From: Octopus vulgaris
Lineage: Eukaryota
DNA length: 64,000 nt
Direction of reading: 5' to 3'
Assembly: GCA_951406725.2 (NCBI GenBank)
Contig: OX597842.1
Coordinates: forward strand, 16,244,001-16,308,000
Notes under the pieces: generated by a model
The model's input: the letters and a program-made list of their open reading frames with translations, nothing else
Database searches by the model: none
What the model was told of the DNA's origin: nothing
Part shown: in pieces, positions 26,116-41,812 of the stretch
How the letters are laid out: each line of letters opens with the position of its first letter
How positions within the stretch are numbered: position 1 is the first letter of the stretch
Program-made: the position numbers and the translations under genes

Positions 26116-26926
26116 CAAGTTAAAAACAATAAAATAATTAAATAAATGTGCTTATATTACCTTATAAGAAAATATATATAAAGTATATATAAAAATACGT
26201 AATTTTGCAATAAAAATCGAACAAAATTCAACAATTTATCTTCAACAAGAAGAAGAAGAAGATCAAGAAGAAGAAAGAAGAAGAAGAAGAAGAAGAAGAA
26301 GGAGAAGAGGAAGAAAAAAGAAGTAGAAGAAGAAAAAGAAGAAGGAGGAGGAGGAGGAGGAGGAGAAGAAGAAAGAAGAAGAAGAAGAAGAAGAGGAAGA
26401 CAAAGAAGAAGGAGAAGGAGGAGGAGGAGAAGTAGAAGAAGAAGAAGGAGGAGGAGAAGGAGGAGAAGAAGGAGGAGGAGGTGGAGAACAAGAAGAAGGA
26501 CAATGAGGAGGAGAAGAAGAAGAAAAAGAAGAAGAAAAAGAAGAAGAAGAATAAGGAAAAGAAAAAGAAGAAGAAGAAGAAGAAGAAGAAGAAGAAGAAG
26601 AAGAAGAAGAATATGGTGATGGCAATGATAATGCGAATGAAGACCTAAGTTATTGCGATGGCCTCAAGGAAGAGTGGACAAAGTAGAAGAATAAGAGAGC
26701 AAAAACAACAAAAACAAAAATGAAATTTTTGTTTTTGTCTGAATTTTTGTCTAATTTTTTGTTTTATTGGCGTCTGAATTATCTGGGGCTAAATATACAG
26801 CTACAAGCGTTATTCAAGGATGTTATTTAGTGTTTATGTAGATTAAATTGATGTTTGGGTAGACATTACAGAATTAGAAAGATATCGTCAATGAAATTTA
26901 TATAAAATAAGATTGTTTCAACTTAC

Positions 26927-26998
26927 AGAGTTTTTAAACTGGAAAGATTTTGAAAGGCTTCCTCATTGATTTCCAGGATATCGTTACTACTCAAATCC
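26927..26998 (-). CDS. LRR exon 1 (72 nt): DLSSNDILEINEEAFQNLSSLKTL
   Basis: CAG acceptor, GTAAGT donor, phase 2-2, matches typical LRR consensus LxLxxNxIxxIxxxxFxxLxxLxxL. Confidence 0.9.
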
Positions 26999-27314
26999 CT
27001 GCAATATGAAATAGTGTTAAGAAGAAAATTTATGGAACAAAGAAGGGGAAGGGAAGAAGAAGAAAAGTAGAAGAAAAAGAGAGGGGAAGCGAGGAGAAGA
27101 AGAAAAAGAAAACGAAGAATGGGTGTAGTAGAAGAAGAAGAAGTGGAAGAAGAAGAAGAAGAAGAAGAAGAAGAAGAAGAAGAAGAAGAAGAAGAAGAAA
27201 AAGAAGAAGGAGAAGAAGAAGAAGAAAAAGAAAAAGAAGAAAAAGAAGAAGAAGGAGAAGAAGAAGAATAAAAAGAAAAAGAAGAAGAAGAAGAAAAAGA
27301 AGAAGAAGAAGAAG

Positions 27315-27345
<31 letters not shown>

Positions 27346-28671
27346 GGAAGAAGAAGAAAAAGAAGAAGAAGAAGAAGAAGAAGAAGAGAGAAAGAAGAAG
27401 AAGAAGAAAAAGAAAAAGAAGAAAAAGAAGAAGGAGAAGAAGAAGAATAAAAAGAAAAAGAAGAAGAAGAAGAAAAAGAAGAAGAAGAAGAAGAAGAAGG
27501 AGGAGAAGAAGAAGAAGAAGAAGAAGAAGAAGAAGAAGAAGAAGAAGAAGAAGAAGAAGAAGAAGAAGAAGAAGAAGAAGAAGAAGAAGAAGAAGAAGAA
27601 GAAGAAAAAGAAGAAGAAGAAGAAGAAGAAGGAGAAGAAAAAAGAAGAAGAAGAACAAGAACAAGAAGAAGAAGAAGAAGAAGAAGAAGAAGAAGGAGAA
27701 GAAAAAAGAAGAAGAAGAATAAAAAGAAAAAGAAGAAAAAGAAGAAGGAGAAGAAGAAGAAGAAAAGGAAGAAGAAGAAGAAGAAGAAGAAGAAGAAAAA
27801 GAAGAAGAAGAAGAAGAAGAAGGAGGAGTAGAAGAAGAAGAAGAAGAAGAAGAAGAAGAAGAAGAAGAAGAAGAAGAAGAAGAAGAAGAAGAAGAAGAAG
27901 AAGAAGAAGAAGAAGAAGAATTGTTAGAAGAACAATCAAATGAAGGTGAACATTTTAAATTTAAATTGAATATATTCCGCAAAAGGTTTACAAATATTTT
28001 ACGAGTTGAGTTGGAAAACGTTGGAAACAAAGGATACATTATTAAAAGTCTGGGATGAAGAAGCAAAACAGTAGATGCTGTGAAAGAAATAGATTAGCAT
28101 AAGAAAAAGGAGAAAGCGGTGATGATAGGATGGAGATTTTTATGAAAACTATAACACAATACTACACGCGCAACACCCACATTCTCTTAAACACACTGAC
28201 ACACTCTCACACACATTCGCATTCATTCATGCATTTCCCAAACTATCGTTTTTGAAACTGAATGAATCGTTCACAAATTTGTGATCGGTTCTCACATCCC
28301 CTCTTGCCCCTTCCTTCCGGCAAAAGCATTATTATCATCGTCACCGTCGTCGTCATCATCATCATCATCATTCCCCGAGGGATACGTAAGATCTCCTTTC
28401 GGGCCCTCTTCGTACGTTAAGCTTTAAGCTGTGATTTTCATCTTGTCTGTACAAATATGTGTTACTCTTTACTCTTTTACTTGTTTCAGTCAGTTGACTG
28501 CGGCCATGCTGAAGCAACTCGACCCCGGGACTTATTTTTTTGTAAGCCCAGTACTTATTCTATCGGTCTCTTTTGCCGAACCGCTAAGTGACGGGGACGT
28601 AAACACACCAGCATCGGTTGTCAAGCAATGCTAGGGGGACAAACACAGACACACAAACATATACACACACG

Positions 28672-28741
<70 letters not shown>

Positions 28742-28937
28742 TACGACGTGCTTCTTTCAGTTTCCGTCTACCAAATCCACTCACAAGGCATTGGTCGGCC
28801 CGGGGCTATAGCAGAAGACGGTTGCCCAAGATGCCACGCAGAGGGACTGAACCCGGAACCATGTGGTTGGTTAGCAAGCTACTTACCACACAGCCACTCC
28901 TTTTCTGTAATAAAAAAAAGAACAAACACACAAGATG

Positions 28938-29232
28938 CGGCGGCGGCGGTGGTGGTGGCGGTTTGTTGGTGGTGGCGGTTTGGTGGTAGTGGTGGTGGTG
29001 GTGGTAGTGGTGGTGGTGGTGGTGGTTGTGGTAGTGGTGGTGGTGGTGATGGTGGTGGTGGTGGTAGTGGTGGTGGTGGTAGTGGTGGTGGTGATAGTGG
29101 TGGTGGTGGTGGTGGTGGTGGATGTGGTGGTGATGGCGCCGGCGGCGTAGGTGGTGGTGGTGGTGGCGGCGGCGGTGGTTGTGGTGGTGGTTTGGTGGTG
29201 GTGGTGGTGGTGGTTGTGATGGTGGCATTGGT
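28938..29232 (+). repeat. (GGT)n microsatellite
   Basis: Directly visible. Confidence 0.95.
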
Positions 29233-29586
29233 GGCGGCGAGCTGGCAGAAATGTTAGCACGCCGGGCGAAATGCGTAGCCGTATTTCGTCTGTCGTTACG
29301 TTGTGAATTCAAATTCCGCCGAGGTCGACTTTGCCTTTCATCCTTTCAGGGTCGATAAATTAAGTACCAGTTACGCACTGGGGTCGATATAATCGACTTA
29401 ATACCTATGTCTGTCCTTGTTTGTCCCCTCTGTTTATCCCCTTATGGGTAGTAAAGAAATAAGTATTGGTGGTGTGGGTGATGCGGTGGTGGGGGTGAAG
29501 CGGTTGTGGGGGTGAAGCGGCGGTGAGGGGGTTGTGGGGTGGGGGATGGGTGAAGCGGCGGGGGGGGGGGGAGTTCGAATACTTAC

Positions 29587-29768
29587 AAAAGTTCAACATT
29601 CGGTGGAATGGGTTGCGGGATCGAAGTCAGGTACCGAGATGAACAATCTATATTTGCCTGAGAATTCCAGCATCTGCAAATGCTGCACATGTCTGACGAC
29701 GCATGAGACTCCAAACAGAAACTCATAGAGAGTATCAACACAAACGTCAATTTCAATTGTTGGAACAT
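29587..29768 (-). CDS. LRR gene, first coding exon: signal peptide + LRR N-terminal cap (MFQQLKLTFVLILSMSFCLESHASSDMCSICRCWNSQANIDCSSRYLTSIPQPIPPNVEL)
   Basis: ATG at 29768; hydrophobic leader; CxxCxC-x8-C..LTSIP..IP LRRNT pattern; polypyrimidine-TAG acceptor just upstream (exon start 29788); donor TT|GTAAGT after 29587 (phase 2). Confidence 0.9.
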
Positions 29769-30389
29769 ATTTCCAGGCGCAGATTAATCTATAAAAGAAG
29801 AAAATACAAAATACAAAGGAAAACAAAAATAAATTTCTTTACTCCCCACAAGGGGCTAAACACAGAGAGGACAAACAAGTACAGACAAAGGGTTTAAGTC
29901 GATTATATCGACCCCAGTTGGAAACTGGTACTTTATTTATCAACCCCGAAAGGATGAAAGGCAAAGTCGACCTCGGCGAAATTTGAACTCAGAACGTAAC
30001 GACAGACGAAATACGGCTACGCATTTCGCTCGGCGTGCTAACGTTTCTGCCAGCTCAAGAACATTACACATGTACTCACAGCTGTCTGACAGGTATCGAA
30101 AGGTTTAGCCTCTGCGTGGGGTCCTAGGCATGCTGTGGCTGCCGATACGCAGATACTAGCTGAGGTTGTGACAGCTGTAACGATTTCTTGCCGGTGGACG
30201 TGTATTGGCACTCTTTGTGAGGCAGGTCTTTGCACAGCTCGTCTCCTGGACAGGGCTGCAGGTCTTGGTGAAGGAAAACCCCAAATTCTCAGCCTGGTAC
30301 CAAGAATGTTACCTAGCGTACACAGTCGAGCATGCACTTGTTGAATGTCCGAGCATGATAATGAAGGAAGGACCACCAACTGCTAGAAT

Positions 30390-33040
30390 CACTGTAACGA
30401 ATGAGTGGGTGACGTTCCACTGTGATTGGCACATGGGAAAACCATTTTAGTCTTGAAGGATTTAGGAAAGTATAATGAAGTTTCAGACTATCGACCAATA
30501 GCATGTTTACCGACAATGTGGAAACTGGTGACAAGAGTAATAAGTGACGAGTGGTGCAAATATTAGGAAAGATTTTTGCCAGATGAGCAGAAGGGTTGTA
30601 AATAAATGTCAAGCGGGACAAAAGATTAGGTGTTAGACAAGAGGATATTAAGGAACTGCAGAAGAGGGTTAACGGGACATGGAGTGGCCTGCCTAGATTA
30701 CAGAAAACCATTGATATGGTGTGTCACGGTTGGATAGGAAAATATTTGGGGTTAGTTGGACTGGTAGAAAGTATAGAAAGACTGCTAAAAAGAAATATGA
30801 CAGCCTGGAAACCGGAGTTAACATCTGTAGGAAGGTCTTTGAGTACAGTGAACATCAAAAGGGGATTATTTGAGGGAGATAATCTCTCACCACTCCTGAT
30901 TGTTCGGATACTAATACCTCAGTCAATGCATGAAAAATTAAGAACTTTCTAGATAAAATGAAGATCAATTTGGCACATTTGTGAACACAGTAAGCATTTG
31001 CATTAAGAACATACGCATAGAATTTGGTATGAGTAAATGTATTATTTGACGCTGAAGAGGGGGGGTACATAAAGTAGAGTCAAAGACTTAAAGTCAGGTA
31101 GTCACTCAAATTTTAGACGAAGTCAACGATAAAATTATTTTGGTATTTGGGAATCAGATACCAACAAAAACAGTGAAATGAAGGAAACCATTTCGAAGAA
31201 GTACTTCAGAAAAATCAAGCTTATACAGAAATATAAGTTAAATTCTAGAAACATTGTAAAAGTGATGAATTCAAGGGCTGTATCAGTTGTGAGATATGTG
31301 GCAGGTCCTGTGAATTGGAACAAAGAGGAACTACAAGATATTGATCAGATCGAAAAACTCGGATAACAATGACGATGAAGAACGCTTTCCATATAAAGGG
31401 CAGATGTGGATTGGCGTTAGATGAAATGTAAAAAACGAAGGGAGAGGATTTGATTAGTGTGGAGGATTAGGTGAACATGGTAGTGGAATGTTTCAATCAG
31501 TATGTTAAGGAAAGCATTGAAGAATTGCTAGGAGCAGAACGCAATGCAAACATTCTCAGAGAATATCAAACAAAGGTTGAAGTACTTGAAACAAGAAAGC
31601 AAAGTTATATGGAAAAATATTTATACACCCAGTTTATGATGAATACTGAGGCAGAAGACCCTTGGAATTGCTTGAGGAAGGGAATTCTCAATAAAGCGAC
31701 GGAACGGTTCATCATGACAGCTCAGGATCAACCCTTTTTTTCTTTTTTTTCTTTTTCTTTTTACTTGTTTCAGTCATTTTGACTGCGGCCATGCTGGAGC
31801 ACCGCTTTTAACTGAGCAAATCGACCCCGAGACTTATTCTTTGTAAGCCCAGTACTTATTCTGTCGGTCTCTTTTGCCGAACCGCTAAGTGACGGGGACA
31901 TAAACACACCAGCATCGGTTGTCAAGCAATGGTAGGGGGACAAACACAGACACACAAACACACACGCGCATATATATATACATATGTACGACGGGCTTCT
32001 TTCGGTTTCCGTCTACCAAATCCATTCACAAGGCTTTGGTCGGCCCGAGGCTATAGTAGAAGACACTTGCCCAAGGTGCCACGCAGTGGGACTGAACCCG
32101 GAACAACATAGTACAAATGTCGGACAGAAGACAATGTGTCAGCATTGTGCAGATTGTGAGATGAAGGAGAAGAAACAGTGAGTCACAGAGTAAGTGAATG
32201 TTCGAAACACGCAGAGAAACAGTACAAATCTTGGAGACATGAAAATGTTGCAGAGATCATCCATTTGGAAATGTGTAAAAAGAGCAGACTTCCTTCAAGA
32301 CACAAAGTGCTATGAACATGCACTTGAAAAAGGAACTCAGAATTATGTGGTTAAACTTCTCTAGGACTTTCTCATCCAAAGGCATCATGTCCTAAAGCGT
32401 AACAGACCAGATATCTTGGTGTTTGAGAAGAGGGAACGTACTTCCTACATAAATGACCTAGCTTAAGCATTTAGCAGAAGAATATAGGAAAAAATAAATC
32501 AATAAGGTAGATATATATATTTATATATATATTTATATATATACATACATATATATTTGAACCTGAAGAGAGAGATAAGAAAGTTGTGGGGTTTCACAAA
32601 GAATGAGGTCGTACCAATTGTCATTGAAGCCTTAAGAACAGAAGTGAAGCGGCTGAAGGATTGTGCCACACACACACACACAGACACACACACACACACA
32701 CACACGCACACACATATATATATATATATATTCATACATACATACATGTATATTTGAACCTGTAAAGAGAGATAAGCAAGTTGTGGGGTTTCACAAAGAA
32801 TGAGGTCCTACGAATTGTCATTGAAGCCTTAGGAACCAAGGAGAAGAGGCTGAAGGAGTGGACAGAAAAGACGAGCATGCAGAAGCAGGTAGAATACATG
32901 GAACTGGGCTGTTTCTTAGGAACGGCGTAGATCGGTCGAAAGTTTTTGGGTGGCTGAGGTAAGAGTTGTGGCTTTCTCTTCCGAAAGTAAACCCACTTAA
33001 TATCTATCATGGTGCTGGTGTGAGATAAAACTGTCTTGAA
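30390..33040 (+). mobile_element. Degenerate R4/Dong-like non-LTR retrotransposon (RT + RLE endonuclease)
   Basis: YRPIACLPTMWKL, EQKGC, GLFEGDNLSPLL, KLNSRNIVKVMNSRAVSVVRY, TERFIMTAQDQ, CCHC remnant, NRPDILV, VPIVIEAL; many stops and frameshifts; SINE inserted at about 31735-32105. Confidence 0.8.
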
Positions 33041-33044
33041 ATAA

Positions 33045-33141
33045 TAAGAACAACAACAACAACAGCAACAACACCACCACCACCAACAACAAAAACAACA
33101 ACAACAACAATAATAATAATAATAATAATTATTATTATTAT

Positions 33142-33213
<72 letters not shown>

Positions 33214-33244
33214 GATAATTATGATAATAATAATAATAATAATG

Positions 33245-33287
<43 letters not shown>
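33045..33287 (+). repeat. (CAA)n/(TAA)n microsatellite
   Basis: Directly visible; further (TAA)/(GAT) tracts at 33851-34148, 34300-34365, 40400-40590, 42137-42230. Confidence 0.95.
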
Positions 33288-33289
<2 letters not shown>

Positions 33290-33850
33290 GCCCCGATGCA
33301 ATTCCAGGCAGTGGCTCGCATGGCTTCTGATCTTAACTGATTGGAAGTGTTATCATGTACATTGTTTTGTCTTGGTATAAATGATGGGCTACAGCAAATA
33401 TTCTGTTCAATACCACAGATTTGCTTGTCAGTTGTTTGACCTTAACCAGTTGAGCAGGTCCCTTTGTGGCTGACGATATGACGATATGTGCATCTCTGAT
33501 CACGAGCAGAAGTAGTGGGGGAGCATCATAGCCATGTGTTGAGAGGGATTATTTGGGGTTTGAATAATTTACCTCTGGAAACATGGGTGTTTCGTTCAAC
33601 ATCCTTAAACAATCCTTATTCAGGGACCTTTTGAGCGGGATGGGTTACTCGACCAGAAGAAAATTCTAACTGGGCCCCACCTACAAGGTCATGTGCTGTT
33701 TATCTTGATATGAGATCATCATGTCGCGCACATATTGTTGTGATGCATGTGCCTCGTGTACCCTTATCAGACGGGTAGTCATGATGGGTATACTGGGCTT
33801 CGTATATTTTACCCCAGTGTCACTTTGATGGCATCCACTGCTCTCTCACT
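33288..33850 (+). mobile_element. Non-coding interspersed repeat embedded in (TAA)n
   Basis: Its 5' end recurs at about 34370-34430 and its 3' end at about 40245-40322, each next to (TAA)n. Confidence 0.6.
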
Positions 33851-33851
33851 C

Positions 33852-33882
<31 letters not shown>

Positions 33883-33939
33883 TTAATAATAATAATATTA
33901 ATAATTATAATAATAATAATAATAATAATATTAATAATG

Positions 33940-33976
<37 letters not shown>

Positions 33977-34020
33977 TAATAATAATAATAATAATAATGA
34001 TAATAATAATAATAATAATA

Positions 34021-34092
<72 letters not shown>

Positions 34093-34110
34093 GTGGTGAT
34101 GATGATGATG

Positions 34111-34149
<39 letters not shown>

Positions 34150-34300
34150 TTTGTGTTTGCATTACATGGAGATATATCTCTATTTCCCCTCCCCAAGCTT
34201 TCAGCTATATTTCAACAACTCTTAACCTTCACTTGCCCTAGGGCGCTGGGTGTGCCCCGGCAGGTGATTGCATCAAACATACAGATTAAAAGTAAATGAC

Positions 34301-34367
<67 letters not shown>

Positions 34368-37181
34368 TGACTTGATGCAGTATCAGTGGCTCTTACGGCT
34401 TCTGATCTTAACTGATTGAACGTGTTATAATGTCTAATTCCGTCTACAGAATTCACCCAGAAGGTTTTGGTAAGCCCGCAGCTATAGTAGAAGAAACTTA
34501 TCCAAGGTGCCGCCACGCAGAGAGACTGAACCCGTAACCGTGTGGTTGGGAAGCAAGCTTCTTAACACACAACCACCCCAGCGCCTGTAGTTTTGCTAAA
34601 ACTAACAGACGTCACTGATTTTTATGTTTAGTGAAACACACCACCACTAATTGATGATATCTCCCATCAAATCTTGCTTGACTCGTATACTTATCTGATC
34701 CCTGGAACCTTTTCACACCGGAAAGGACGCGTTCATCTTCCAGTAAAAAGATCCTTATTTATTAGTAATTTCTGTGTTGACTATAAAGTTCCCCTGTTGG
34801 AATTTTAAGTAGCCAACGATCTGAAACTGTGGACATTTTAAACTACAGCTATCTCCTAACATTACAAGACCCATTCTAAGTATGACCTGATGTGTCAGAT
34901 GATTGGAAATGCGCCTAATTCTCCTAATCCCACATAATATTTGTATACGTTCAAAGTCCGATTCCAATAAACCACTAACACTAAGGAACGAGATGTTTCT
35001 AGGAACAATTTTAGACGCTTAAAGATATCCGGGCCCTACTGTTTCTTTCCCTGCTGTTCATATCCAAGATCACCTACCTATCGATCAGATCTTTCAAGGC
35101 CTTTCTACGGGTCTTCTAAGATTCTTCTGTGTAAAATGTTTTTCAATCCTTCCACATCATGTTGGAAACTTTTCTTCGAAACACTGTACATTGTTGCTGG
35201 CGTTCCTACCAGAGCCTTTTCTTGTATATTTTTGGAAACGTTGAGAGCATCAAAAGCCTCATTTGTTAAACTTTTGCTTTTACCTGAGTTTGTAAACTTG
35301 ATGAGATCAACGTTTTACTTTCGGAGAACTGTTCAGTTGGGAGACTCCTCCGTCAGGTGTTGCTCTAAATGTTACGTCCATTGTAATTGATGTGGGCGTC
35401 GGTTTGGTTGCTTTTGGCTTTGGTCCTTTTCTTTCCGATCCCGATGTGACTCGCGCTGTTATTCGGACTGTCATTTCTTTTTCTTTTGTTGTTGCACGAT
35501 TGTCTCTTGTTGTTGAAGTTATTGTTGTGGGTGTTGTAATTGTTGTTCTATCGATTTATTTATGAGACTAGGGACACACGTACTTGGTGCAAACAAAGTT
35601 TGAGGGGTTAGTGGTCAGGACACTATTTTCACCAACCCTTCCTACCCACTAGGGTGCTTTGGTGTCGTCCGAGGCCACTTCTATATCCGAACAGTAGCCT
35701 GGACTTTCATTTGATTTCTTCCGTATCGTTTGCAGTTGATGTTGATGTTGATGTTGAGCGAACGGTCTTCGTCCCAGAGCTCGCAAGATGGGAGAAGTCC
35801 AAAACGTGGTCCTTTGCTATTCGTAAGACCCGCAGAAGAGAAAGCAGGTCAACCCCCGACAACGAGAGCATCGACGGATGGATGAATGCGCATCCAGACT
35901 CAGCGTTTGCAAAGGAAGTCGGGGTGCTGTTGCTGTTCGTAGTGGTGGACATGGTGGTGGATGTGGTCAGGAGACTTGTTTCACGCTTTTCCCTGAGTGG
36001 ATGTATGCTTTGTAGCTGTTGTATTTATAGTTGTTGTGGTGGGTGCCACTACCGCCCTTTTTGCGTTGGGAGCAGCGATGAGGAGCGAGTCATTGCTTTC
36101 AATTGTAACTCAGCATTTCAGGTGTTCCATTTTTCCACAAACATCTGGGTTTCCTGCCCTTCAGCGCCATCCGCATCTGCCGAGGAATCACCGAAATAGA
36201 AAAAAGTTCCGTATGCAATTCACATCTTCTGGAACAACCAATACTTGGAATTCCATAAGTTTTCTATTTTGCGGGTATTGATTTCATGCTTGTAATTTCC
36301 CAATGGTGGTATCTATGAGATGAGGAGGTACGTTTGTGACCCTCACTTTTGTGACATGTCCCATATCTAAGGGTAGCATCGCGAACTAAGGTGCAGATCG
36401 TTGTATCCATCCTACGCTAATCCACTTTATTGCTACGGATGGCCACCACAGTCCCCTGTTGCATTCCTTGGGAGATATACACTACGGTATACTACACATC
36501 TTCTACACATAAGGCGGCGAGCTGGCAGAAACGTTAGCACGCAGGCCGAAATGCGTAGCCGTATTTCGTCTGTCGTTACGTTGTGAGTTCAAATTCCGCC
36601 GAGGTCGACTTTGCCTTTCATCCTTTCGGGGACAATAAATTAAGTACCAGTTATGCACTGGGGGCGATGTAATCGACTTAATACCTATGTCTGTCTTTGT
36701 TTGTCCCCTTTAGGTTTGGCCCGTTGTGAGTAATAAAGAAATAGGTATGCTACTCATTTTTCCAAATATTTTTTTCTATTTCGGTTGAGGAAAGGAATTG
36801 TAGAATCGATTCTGCGCGATTGATGCTCTTTTAGATTGTTATTATTTTCTTGGTGCACATCATTCTACCTTCTGGGAGCACCTTGACCCCAGGGTGAACG
36901 ATATTGCTCCTATACGTTTTATTGACACACACCCTTTAAATAAAAGGACGACCCCCTGCATTCTAACGGTCGCATAGCGTGACTGTTTAAAACATTCTTT
37001 ATGGATTTTCAACGTTATTGATGTTGCTGTTGTTGTTCCCCTTCTGCTGGTGTTCTCATTAATGCTGTTGTTTTCGTCTCAACTGTGCCGCTGCTGTTGA
37101 TGTCTACGTTACAGTTTTGTTGTTGTTGTTGTTATTGTTAAGCAACAAGACGGGTAAGGGTGATTAGGTGATGGTCTAGGG

Positions 37182-37382
37182 CAGTGCTTTTCAAATTTTT
37201 TACTGGAGCGGAACCCAAAGGAAACATTCCACTGGCTCAAGAAACCCCTGTGCAATGATTTAATGGTCTTATGCACACATATCTGCACAGGAGAATTAAA
37301 AATTACTGCCGATTTTAGCAGCTTTGTAACTTCTTGCGGAACCCCTGTACTGTACTGGCGGAACCCTGGTTGAAAACCACTG
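37182..37382. mobile_element. hAT (Charlie-like) MITE
   Basis: TIRs CAGTGCTTTTCAA / TTGAAAACCACTG; 8-bp TSD GTCTAGGG / GTCTGGGG (7/8). Confidence 0.85.
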
Positions 37383-38194
37383 GTCTGGGGCTTAGCGGCG
37401 GGAGACACCCAGACCTTGGGGAAAAAAAACTTTGGTCGTTTTGTAGTCGAGGGCTCTTCGTTGACGCCCGACACCCCTGTTAGGTGGTCCTCGAAGTCGC
37501 TGTAAATGGAGATCTCCAGGTTCAAATTCTTGAACGGCTGTTGTTGCTGCTTAAACTGTCAGCGCCATTGTTGATAGCTTTATAGCTGCTGCTGATTACA
37601 CTATTATTGTTTTTGTTGTTATTTTTTCTTACCGCTCTTTCTGTTGCAGTTGTTGCCGTTCACACAGGTGTTAGTGTTGTTATTGTTGTTGCAGTCGTCG
37701 TCTTCGTCACACATGCTTACAGTATTGTGTTTTATTGATTGTAGTTTCTTTGCTGTTTCTAAAAGGTGTGGTAATAACCTTCTCGGCTGACTACTATGGC
37801 AGGTCGTTTACGTACGACGTTACAGGAGAGGGGAAAACATTCTCTCGTAAAACTACTCCTCTATTTATACTAAAGTGACATAGGTTATAGGAATAGACAG
37901 GCACATAAGCGCAAATGAAGACTGAATCACAAGACCATATACACACACACACACACACATATTACTTCTCACAAGGACACATATAGAGACACACGTCCAC
38001 ACATATGGAGATGCATATCCATACATACAAACACGGTACATAGTTGCAAAACACACACACACGCACACACATACATAAAAACACAAACACACACACGCAC
38101 ACACACATACATAAAAACACACAAACACGGACATGCAAACACATGAATATGCAGAATACATACAGACAAACGTACACACATAATTAGATACATA

Positions 38195-38745
38195 TGCACA
38201 CATACATATATGCATGCATACATACATACGTACATACATATATACATACATACATGCATACATACATACATACATACATATATTCATACATACATACATA
38301 CATACATACATACATACATACATACATGCATGCATACATACATACGTACATACATATATACATACATACATGCATACACACATACATACATACATACATA
38401 TATGTATGCATGCATGCATACAAACATACATACATACATATATACGTACATGCATGCATACATACATATATGCATGCATACATACATACGTACATACATA
38501 TATACATACATACATGCATACACACATACATACATACATACATATATGTATGCATGCATGCATACATACATACATACATACATATATACGTACATGCATG
38601 CATACATACATATATGCATGCATACATACATACGTACATACATATATACATACATACATGCATACATACATACATACATACATGCATACATATATACATA
38701 CATGCATGCATGCCTACCTGCATACATACATAGATACATGCATGT
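38195..38745. repeat. (CATA)n microsatellite with 144-bp higher-order period
   Basis: The variant CGTACATACATATATAC recurs at 38345, 38489 and 38633. Confidence 0.9.
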
Positions 38746-40449
38746 ATAAGCACATAAACACACATACACACACACCCACACACTGATCCACACACATGCG
38801 CGCAAACAAACAAAAAGGAACCCTGTGTGAGTCAAAACTATTGAAATGTTTGCAAGACGCAACGAAAAGTTTAGAAAAATAAAAAAGAAATAAGTTGAAA
38901 TTTTATCGGTGAGTGTTGTGTTGAATTATAAGAAAAGAAAAGAGAATGACTCCCCAGATACAACAAATTAATAGAAGATATGTATGGGGAAATTTAGAAA
39001 GAAAATTGTATAAAGAAAGAAAATTTAGAGAAAACTCACCAGCGATATTTCAAGATTAGATGTCATGCGAGATAATAATAATACCTTCTAATTTTGCCAT
39101 AAAGCCAGCAATTTTAGGGGAGGAGTTAGTCCATTATTTCGACCCCGTTGCTAAATTGTCTCAACGATCCCAGAAGGATGAAATACAAATCCAAACTCGG
39201 GTAATATGAACTCAGAACGTAAAGACGCACAAAATGTCACTACTTATATTTGCCCAACGTACTAACGGACCTGTCAACTCATAACAATAATGCTTTCGTT
39301 ATTAGCCACGGGGTCCAAACACAAAAGAGGAACGGACAATGAATCACAAGGGGCAAGTGGAGTTTAGCACAAAACCTCGTGTATAGAATTAAAAGAAGTA
39401 CAATTCGCTCAACTAAAGTTCAACAATAAAATTCTATAAAAGGGAGTTCAACTTAGGGTCAACCGAGGAACCCCACATATCCTGATTACCCTGACTGTTA
39501 GGGTCTCCTCAACTTTTGCTTACAAGCGTGGGCCCATTCACATAGGGGTGTTTTGGCCATATCTATCAATCTGTATACGATAAGTGGCCAGGGTATTGCA
39601 CCCTCAAATGGTAAATCGTTGGTGTGTCGGCCGAAATGCTTTACCGTATAGAAAACACATTGATCCCGTAAGTGTCACGTGGTGGAAATAAACGCAATTA
39701 CCAAACTTTCATTCATAAGACCTTTTGCTATTTCGTTTCTTTGCATTTCAATTTGTACATTTGTACAACCGATTGCGTACAAGCGCATATGTAAAACTAC
39801 GCCCTTTATTTTTTAATCATCATCTACCGATATCAAAATAGAATTATTTTGTATCAGGCGCCATTTGTGATTCCAAGGGTCAAAAGGGGGCATTTGGCGA
39901 AAATGGGTTGAGGATCTTAGCTTTATAATATACTAAATCAGATCTGCAAGTATAGATATATATACTCTTCTGACATACTCTCCCCTCCTCCTCCTCCCAT
40001 CATTGGGACAATGCATAGAACCGTTTGTAATTGCTAACTTGGTTTGGTTTTTGTTGGCCTTTGCCTCCTCTAATATTTTAGTCTGGATACGGCCCTGTTC
40101 TGGGTCTCTGCATTTTGAGTTCAAATCCCACCTGCTTGTAGATCGCAACGAGAAACCACACGAGTATTCATCTCAAGTCTTGTCATTGCAGCCGTTGTTC
40201 TAGAAATTTAGTTAACGGTGACAGTGCAGGGTGGGGTTGTGACGCATCAGACGAGGAGTCATGATGAGGATACTGGGCTTCGTATATTTTGCCCCAGTGT
40301 CACTTTGATGGCATGCACTGCTAATAATAATAATAATAAACTTAACTTAATAATAATAATGATAATAATAATAGTAGTAGTAGTAGTAGTAGTAGTAGTA
40401 AAAAATAATAACAACAATAACAACAACAACAATAATGATAATAATGATG

Positions 40450-41812
<1,363 letters not shown>

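Noticed and set aside
26923-28066. Long poly-L/S/F/E/K ORFs
   Set aside because: (GAA)n translations; only the 72 nt at 26927-26998 are a real exon.
34640-37020. Possible degenerate gag-like ORF1 of a non-LTR element on the minus strand; also the plus ORF 35654-36199
   Set aside because: Only faint motifs (VTKVRVTNVPP, GRKPRC) across frameshifts; too weak to call.
37865-38862. Cys/His-rich MYVC/HTYI repeat ORFs that look like metal-binding proteins (also 46732-47311)
   Set aside because: (CATA)n microsatellite, open in many frames on both strands.
39590-39760. Possible second Penelope C-terminal remnant
   Set aside because: Too degraded to support.
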